Assembly (NCBI GenBank): GCA_964016885.1
Contig: OZ024741.1
Coordinates: 315,332,001-315,396,000, forward strand
Source of the DNA: Eledone cirrhosa
Lineage: Eukaryota
Length of the DNA: 64,000 nt
Direction: 5' to 3'
Positions within the stretch are counted from its first letter, which is position 1, and the number at the start of each line of letters is the position of its first letter. A program made the translations under genes and the position numbers. Shown here piece after piece: positions 55,625 to 64,000 of the stretch. The notes under the pieces are model-generated. The model was given only the letters and a program-made list of their open reading frames with translations. It ran no database searches and was not told where the DNA came from.

Positions 55625-56227
55625 TGGCTGCCAACTCGTTTTCGAGTACGGCCACTACTTTATATCCATGTAGGAGAACCCCTACCGATGCGCTGAACGA
55701 GTGTGACTTTTCAGTCCGGCCAGCGACTTGAAAACCCCGGTACAAACACTACACATGTGACAATTATTGACACATAGTGCTGGGCCCATGGTGCCATGTG
55801 ACGACAAGTGCAGAGAGATCTCCAGATATAAAGCAATGCCTGTGCCGTGAAGTTTTTATAGTGAGCAAAGGCACTGCACAAAGCCAGTCCCACTCTCTTA
55901 ACCAAGATGATATTTACCAAAAAGAAGAACAAGTCAACATCATTGGATATCATCAGGGTTGCAGGTGTGATATCAGAGTTTTCCTTCTCCTAGAATTCTG
56001 CCTTGACAAAGGCTAAGGGGTCATCTCTCCCGGTGATTTTGGATGGCCATTGACTTTTAAGAGCTCCTTTGCCCTTTGACAGGTTTTGTTTTTAGTCCTG
56101 CAGGATGTCCAAAGTCACCCTCCTCACCAAGAAACCTTGGTGGGGTTGCCAGTTTAGTCGCCAACGACCCGACCATGGGACAGGTTGTACTGGGATACAT
56201 GTTACCAGTAGCACCAACTGGTGACCT

Positions 56228-56230
<3 letters not shown>
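55622..56230 (-). mobile_element. Probable 5' UTR region of an RTE-clade LINE or RTE-derived SINE
   Basis: The minus-strand motif CTAGGAGAAGGAAAACTCTGA resembles, from recollection, RTE 5' UTRs. No coding evidence. Confidence 0.4.
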
Positions 56231-56282
<52 letters not shown>

Positions 56283-56695
56283 CATTATGAAGAGAGAAGA
56301 AAGATTAGATATAATTAATAATGAGATATACCATACCCAAACTCCTTCTTTACTCCTCGAGTACGTAGTTTCGTTGAATATGATGCAAAAACACTACATC
56401 ACAGAGATATAGAATTTTTGTGAGGTCTGCCGACTTATCAAGATGATACCTCATTAAGAGTTTCAAAACAAGTCCGTAGGACGCGAGATAGAATCCCGAA
56501 AGGCGGGGGACGAGTCAATCACGTGATACAGCGGTCAAGAAACAGAGCTAAGCCTCTTATAACCATGAAAAAAATGGTTATAAGAGGCTTAGCTCTGTTT
56601 CTTGACCGCTGTATCACGTGATTGACTCCCCCTCCGCCTTTCGGGATTCTATCTCGCGTCCTACGGACTTATTTTGAAACTTTTAATGAGGTATC

Positions 56696-56784
56696 CTATT
56701 GATAAGTCGGCAGACCTCACAAAAATTCTATATCTCTGTGATGTAGTCTTTTTGCATAATATGCCACGAAATTACGTAGTCTAG
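56696..56784 (+). ncRNA. Type I hammerhead ribozyme, U3-A8 core variant
   Basis: CUA-UUGAUAA-GUcGGCA...UGCCAC-GAAA-UUACGUAG-UC/UAG. Confidence 0.7.
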
Positions 56785-56806
56785 CAGTAAAGAAGGAGTT
56801 TGGGTA

Positions 56807-56977
56807 TATCGGTAGAGGGTCGGACGCCATGCTTTCCAGCATAGTTACGTCCCTTTACGATCTGAGTTCAAATCCCGCCGAGGTTGTCTTTGCCTTTCAT
56901 CCTTACGGGGTCGATAAAATAAAGTACCAGTAATGCACTGGGTAATTGCTGGCCTTGTGCCTAAAGTAGAAACAATT
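56807..56977 (+). mobile_element. tRNA-derived SINE, slightly 5'-truncated
   Basis: Near-identical to the reverse complement of 22925-23095. Confidence 0.85.
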
Positions 56978-57174
56978 TATTATATCTAATCTTTCTTCTC
57001 TCTTCATAATGTATTATATAGCTCTGATACTGAATCAATCTAATTCATTCGGATTATTTTGTCCCAGTTATTCATAGAGCAACATCGGTTGAAGTTGGCA
57101 CCACTAATTTAAGGATATATGTGGATATATTCATGTATATGTATGTGTCCGCATGTATCTGTGTGTTTCTATAT

Positions 57175-57209
<35 letters not shown>

Positions 57210-57558
57210 TAGAAAGTGAGCTTTTTTTACAAAATGAAAAATAACCGAGGTGTCCTACACGAGTGAAAGTATAAAGAAAAAAAGATGAAATCGAAAATGC
57301 AACTGGAGTCTTATTTAAAAAAAATATATATATATTTATTTGGTTCCTTTACCGGTTTAACAGTTCTTCTACTTTTCAAAAGTAGAGTTGAGATGGAGGG
57401 TCTGTGGTTTTTCTCACACATATATATGTATGTATATATATACATATGTATGTATATATATATGTATATATATATAAATGGATGTATGTATATATATATA
57501 TATGTATATATATATATGTATGTATATATATATATGTGTATGTATATATATATGTATG

Positions 57559-57655
<97 letters not shown>

Positions 57656-57711
57656 TTAATATAGATGAGATTCTACAGGACTAGAACTGTTTCATTCATT
57701 AGAAATCATCA

Positions 57712-57764
57712 GAGATTCCTGATGATTTCTAATGAATGAAACAGTTCTAGTCCTGTAGAATCTC
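57712..57764 (+). ncRNA. Type I hammerhead ribozyme
   Basis: GAGAUUC-CUGAUGA-uUUC uaau GAAu-GAAA-CAG uucuaguc CUG-UA/GAAUCUC. Confidence 0.85.
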
Positions 57765-57845
57765 ATCTATATTAAAACTATTATACTCTGCTATGTATTG
57801 AGTACCTTACTTACTGTGGTTACCTCCGATTCAACCCGGAATAAC

Positions 57846-57952
<107 letters not shown>

Positions 57953-58036
57953 CGTTATTCCGGGTTGAATCGGAGGTAACCACAGTAAGTAAGGTACTCA
58001 ATACATAGCAGAGTATAACAGTTTTAATATAGATGA

Positions 58037-58085
58037 GATTCTACAGGACTAGAACTGTTTCATTCATTAGAAATCATCAGGAATC
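58037..58085 (-). ncRNA. Type I hammerhead ribozyme in the pseudo-LTR downstream of the young PLE
   Basis: Same core and stems as 57712. Further partial copies at about 57668, 53162 and 16288. Confidence 0.85.
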
Positions 58086-58619
58086 TGGGTATCAAAAAAT
58101 AAATATGGTATTTATAGGTCTCTACAAGTGGTAGGAGAGGGTGGGGAGTGGGATGGGTGCAGGTCATTGGTTGATAGAGAAGGGAATTCATTAAAAGCTA
58201 ATTCTACATAGCTATAGTTAATTTATATTTATTTATGTTTTTAGAGTAACAAAGGCAGACAGAATTCTATAAACAGGTTCCGGAAGGCATACCATTCCTT
58301 GTCAATAAGTTTCTCTTAAGCTAGCAGATGTCTATAAAATCAGTGGGGGGTCATTCATGCTCGATAGAATTAAAGAAAAGGGAGATTCTTTAAAAGCTAA
58401 AGTCATTAAGTTCTGCTAAGTGACAAAGGTCTAGGGAATTCTGCAGACAGATTCAAAATACTGAGTGCATATCTTACTATTATCTTCGAACTTCTCTTAA
58501 ACTAATCAACAATATGCCAAATCAACAGACACATTCACAAAAAAACAAAAAAAACCCAAAAAACAAAAAAACAGAAAAACAAAAAAAACCACACCTAAAA
58601 AAACACAAAAAAACACACA

Positions 58620-58823
58620 TACTCACTCACACACTTACGCGCAACCATAAACACACACATAAACACATATACACACATAAAAACACACACACATATATAT
58701 ATAAAAAAAATATATAAATATATACAAATATATATTCATGTACACGCACATACATACACACATACATACAAACATACATATATAAAATATATAAAATACA
58801 TATACACATATACATACGCACAC

Positions 58824-58909
<86 letters not shown>

Positions 58910-58970
58910 TATACACATATATATACACACATATATATACACACATACACACACACACACACATACATAC

Positions 58971-59008
<38 letters not shown>

Positions 59009-59022
59009 ATACATATATATAC

Positions 59023-59109
<87 letters not shown>

Positions 59110-59230
59110 GATACACACACACATACACATACATACACACATACACACATATATACACAAATAAATACACTCACACGCATACATACAAACACGAGTATAC
59201 ATATGTATAAATATCTATACACACACACAT

Positions 59231-59277
<47 letters not shown>

Positions 59278-59314
59278 CATATACACACATACATACACAC
59301 GCATATACACATAC

Positions 59315-59377
<63 letters not shown>

Positions 59378-59474
59378 TATATACACATATATACATATAC
59401 ACACATACACACACATACACACACACATATACATATATATATATATATATCCCTCTATACACACACATATACAA

Positions 59475-59525
<51 letters not shown>

Positions 59526-59665
59526 TATACACATACATATACACACATATATATATATATATCCCTACATACACAAACATACACATGCATACGCAGACCT
59601 ATGCATAAATATACACATATATATACAGAGATATAACGCACATATACACACACATACATATACAT

Positions 59666-59715
<50 letters not shown>

Positions 59716-59848
59716 ACACACACGCATACACACACACATACACACACATATATATATATATATACACACACACACACGCGTGCATACACTCATACACACA
59801 CCCACACACAAAATATATATACACACACACACATTTTCTCTCTCATGC

Positions 59849-59902
<54 letters not shown>

Positions 59903-60019
59903 ATATACACAGACACATACAAATACATACATACATACACATACGCATACACAAATATATACATATACATATACATATACATACATATACATATATATAT
60001 ATATATATATACATACATA

Positions 60020-60061
<42 letters not shown>

Positions 60062-60183
60062 CACACACACATACATATACATACATACACACACATACAT
60101 ACATACATACATACATATATACAGACACATACAAACATATACCTGCATAAATATACACACATAAAACACGTATTCACACAAAC

Positions 60184-60218
<35 letters not shown>

Positions 60219-60273
60219 TACATACATACACACACTCATATATATATATATATATATATAAATATAAATATAA

Positions 60274-60368
<95 letters not shown>

Positions 60369-60455
60369 TATATACACATACATACACATACACATATATA
60401 TACACACACAACACATACACATATACACATATACAAACAAATATATACACATACA
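58620..60455. repeat. Complex (TA)/(CA)/(CATA) low-complexity tract, partly the 3' region of the PLE
   Basis: Direct observation. Its right end is mirrored at 63900-64000. Confidence 0.9.
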
Positions 60456-60633
60456 AGTAAATAGGTACTCAATAAATATACGCATATACACAGGCACATA
60501 AAGACACCTCTACAGGCAGAAAAAGTAGATACAAAAGAGGTACTCACATGACCATAGTGGCCGTATTACAGGTTGAGGAGGGGTGGGGGTAGGGTGGGGA
60601 GGAGGTATAGGGGCCAATAGGGGGAGGTCGTTT

Positions 60634-62288
60634 TTAGCCATCGGGCTTTAACACTGGCTTAAAGTGTTTGAATGTTGCAAAGTTCTTGTGCATGCAGTTC
60701 GGGCAGTGTTCAGAGAGTTTGTTCAGTAGCGGGCCCTTGGCGAATAAAATTTCGTAACTCTCTGAAATACAAAGGTCGCAGCCCTTGTGTCCTCCGTCGT
60801 AAGAGCGCGCTTTCTGGAGTATTTTCCAATTAAGCGTGAAGGGGGTGGAGTTCCTTTTGAGGTCCCAAACGTAGGAGGCGAGTGTTGTTTGGTTTGATTT
60901 ATCCGGTCTTCTGAAGGAGTGGGTATGGGCATACCAGCGGGTCTTAAAGGTGTTGGAGGTCATGCCGATGTAAGTTTTTTTGCAATCCTCGGTGCCCGAG
61001 ATGACATCGCATTTGTATACGATGTCGTTTGTGAGGCATTTGTTTTCTAGTGGGCATGTTTCCTTATTTAGGCAATTACATAGAGCCCCAGTCCGGGGAT
61101 TGGTTTCGGAGGTGGTTGGCTTATTTAGTTTAGAGTTGTGGTTGGCTATATTCCTAGCTAGGTTAGGTGTGGTGGAGTAAGACAGTCTTATAGTGTTCTT
61201 ATTAAAGATGGTGTAGTACCTATGTTGTATGGGGAAGTGTAATTTCAGTAAAGTGAAGAAAATCCTAGCTATCGGAGTAGATACCTCTCTATTGAAGGGA
61301 GGGTTGTACCAGCTAATCTGCCTATGTCTATTCCTCCTCTGCAATTTTGCGGTGGTTTCTAGGTAAGTTATCTTATCTTTAAATCCGCTACGGGCTAGGG
61401 CGTCATTGTAGTAGGAGGCAGATGCATTAAAAATATCTTTGTTGGCGGAGAGGCCAGATATTCTAATAGAGACGCTTTTTACTAGGTTATCAGTAATGTT
61501 TTGGGGGTGGTTTGAATTAACATTAATATATTTAAGGGACTCGTTAGGTTTGTGGTACGGGTAATAGAGGGAAGTATCTAGGTCGAGAGTGACATCTAAG
61601 AAGTTGGCCCTAGTCAAATTAGAATCTATAGTTATACTAAGTCCTAGATTAGAGAAGAAAGAGCTTAAGTTTTTCCGAAACCCATCGGTGGTTCTGGGGC
61701 TAACCTTATGCAGGGCGAAGAGGCCGTCGTCTCGGTATAAACCTCCAGTAAGGCCGGTAAAGAGGTTCTTCAGGTTATGTAGGATGTACAGGCCCACAAG
61801 GTCGCTAATTTCAGCCGAGTCACTCGCCCCCATGCTAACGTCAAATGGGGTCTGAGATTTCTTGTTGATCCAGTAAGATCCATCGTGGTATAGAAAGGTC
61901 TTACGAGCGTGGAGGATAATAACTTGCTCGGCATCGGTAATGGTGGTAAAGTTCCTGGCAAAGTTAATTGCGTCCTTCAGGAGGGGCTCCGAGATAGAGG
62001 CATAGTAGTTTTCTATGTCGAGTTGCAGGAAGCGAGTGTGGTGTTTATCGGGTAATTCTTGGAACCATGAAATTGCCTCAGATGTTCTACTCCAGAGTGG
62101 AAGTGGTGAGGCCGCCCGCAATAATGGTAGAACTCTATCCAGGATCTTCTTACTGATAGAGCCGATGTCAGAGCGAGTGGGGTTGATAAGTCTGACTGAT
62201 GGTTTGTTGAGGAAGTTTCCCTTATGGTCCTTCAGGGTAAAGTGCGGGGTCTTTACCCTTAAAGGTTCGGTTCGGTCATGTAATTTAA
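60634..62288 (-). CDS. PLE RT plus GIY-YIG endonuclease, 5'-truncated but uninterrupted (Hydra-clade-like)
   Basis: RLINPTRSDIG, QLDIENYY, MGASDSAE, LYRDDGL, CNCLNKETCPLENKC, IVY...YIG and CDLC...LNKLSE..CMH. Confidence 0.92.
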
Positions 62289-63721
62289 GGTTCCAAGAAT
62301 TACCCGATAAACACCACACTCGCTTCCTGCAACTCGACATAGAAAACTACTATGCCTCTATCTCGGAGCCCCTCCTGAAGGACGCAATTAACTTTGCCAG
62401 GAACTTTACCACCATTACCGATGCCGAGCAAGTTATTATCCTCCACGCTCGTAAGACCTTTCTATACCACGATGGATCTTACTGGATCAACAAGAAATCT
62501 CAGACCCCATTTGACGTTAGCATGGGGGCGAGTGACTCGGCTGAAATTAGCGACCTTGTGGGCCTGTACATCCTACATAACCTGAAGAACCTCTTTACCG
62601 GCCTTACTGGAGGTTTATACCGAGACGACGGCCTCTTCGCCCTGCATAAGGTTAGCCCCAGAACCACCGATGGGTTTCGGAAAAACTTAAGCTCTTTCTT
62701 CTCTAATCTAGGACTTAGTATAACTATAGATTCTAATTTGACTAGGGCCAACTTCTTAGATGTCACTCTCGACCTAGATACTTCCCTCTATTACCCGTAC
62801 CACAAACCTAACGAGTCCCTTAAATATATTAATGTTAATTCAAACCACCCCCAAAACATTACTGATAACCTAGTAAAAAGCGTCTCTATTAGAATATCTG
62901 GCCTCTCCGCCAACAAAGATATTTTTAATGCATCTGCCTCCTACTACAATGACGCCCTAGCCCGTAGCGGATTTAAAGATAAGATAACTTACCTAGAAAC
63001 CACCGCAAAATTGCAGAGGAGGAATAGACATAGGCAGATTAGCTGGTACAACCCTCCCTTCAATAGAGAGGTATCTACTCCGATAGCTAGGATTTTCTTC
63101 ACTTTACTGAAATTACACTTCCCCATACAACATAGGTACTACACCATCTTTAATAAGAACACTATAAGACTGTCTTACTCCACCACACCTAACCTAGCTA
63201 GGAATATAGCCAACCACAACTCTAAACTAAATAAGCCAACCACCTCCGAAACCAATCCCCGGACTGGGGCTCTATGTAATTGCCTAAATAAGGAAACATG
63301 CCCACTAGAAAACAAATGCCTCACAAACGACATCGTATACAAATGCGATGTCATCTCGGGCACCGAGGATTGCAAAAAAACTTACATCGGCATGACCTCC
63401 AACACCTTTAAGACCCGCTGGTATGCCCATACCCACTCCTTCAGAAGACCGGATAAATCAAACCAAACAACACTCGCCTCCTACGTTTGGGACCTCAAAA
63501 GGAACTCCACCCCCTTCACGCTTAATTGGAAAATACTCCAGAAAGCGCGCTCTTACGACGGAGGACACAAGGGCTGCGACCTTTGTATTTCAGAGAGTTA
63601 CGAAATTTTATTCGCCAAGGGCCCGCTACTGAACAAACTCTCTGAACACTGCCCGAACTGCATGCACAAGAACTTTGCAACATTCAAACACTTTAAGCCA
63701 GTGTTAAAGCCCGATGGCTAA
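62289..63721 (+). CDS. Inverted duplicate of the PLE RT-EN (further 5'-truncated)
   Basis: Reverse complement of 60634-62066, with identical translation from FQELPDK onward. Confidence 0.92.
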
Positions 63722-64000
63722 AAACGACCTCCCCCTATTGGCCCCTATACCTCCTCCCCACCCTACCCCCACCCCTCCTCAACCTGTAATACGGCCACTA
63801 TGGTCATGTGAGTACCTCTTTTGTATCTACTTTTTCTGCCTGTAGAGGTGTCTTTATGTGCCTGTGTATATGCGTATATTTATTGAGTACCTATTTACTT
63901 GTATGTGTATATATTTGTTTGTATATGTGTATATGTGTATGTGTTGTGTGTGTATATATATGTGTATGTGTATGTATGTGTATATATATATGTGTATATA

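Larger units (their letters stand above)
56281..57178. mobile_element. Fold-back copy of a diverged relative of the 591-bp repeat, interrupted by a SINE
   Basis: Arms 56281-56570 and 56575-57020 pivot at aaccatgaaaaaaatggtt. Homologous along its length to 1968-2560. Confidence 0.85.

Noticed and set aside
62015-62340. Two 568-aa ORFs with identical N-termini on opposite strands, as if a bidirectional gene
   Set aside because: The N-terminal parts are antisense read-through of the other arm or the spacer, a by-product of the palindrome.

Overview
This is AT-rich, microsatellite-saturated eukaryotic DNA with no recognisable host gene. The SINE and the repeat landscape suggest a cephalopod, probably Octopus (inference). 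Almost everything is transposable element nested in (TA)n. There are at least 9 Penelope-like element (PLE) bodies or remnants (RT plus C-terminal GIY-YIG), many with inverted or fold-back pseudo-LTRs, including a very young 3.6 kb palindrome at the right end. There is also an apparently full-length Tx1/L1-clade LINE plus a second subfamily fragment, both embedded in (TATC)n, a CR1-group 3' fragment, three non-autonomous Helitrons, a hAT-like MITE and tRNA-derived SINEs. Reading the non-coding parts by eye shows about 20 type I hammerhead ribozyme (HHR) motifs from many unrelated families. Three families use the compensatory U3-A8 core (UUGANAA). One 591-bp tandem array carries one intact-looking HHR per unit, so it could be processed into unit-length, possibly circular, RNAs. 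All structures were folded by eye and no database search was run.
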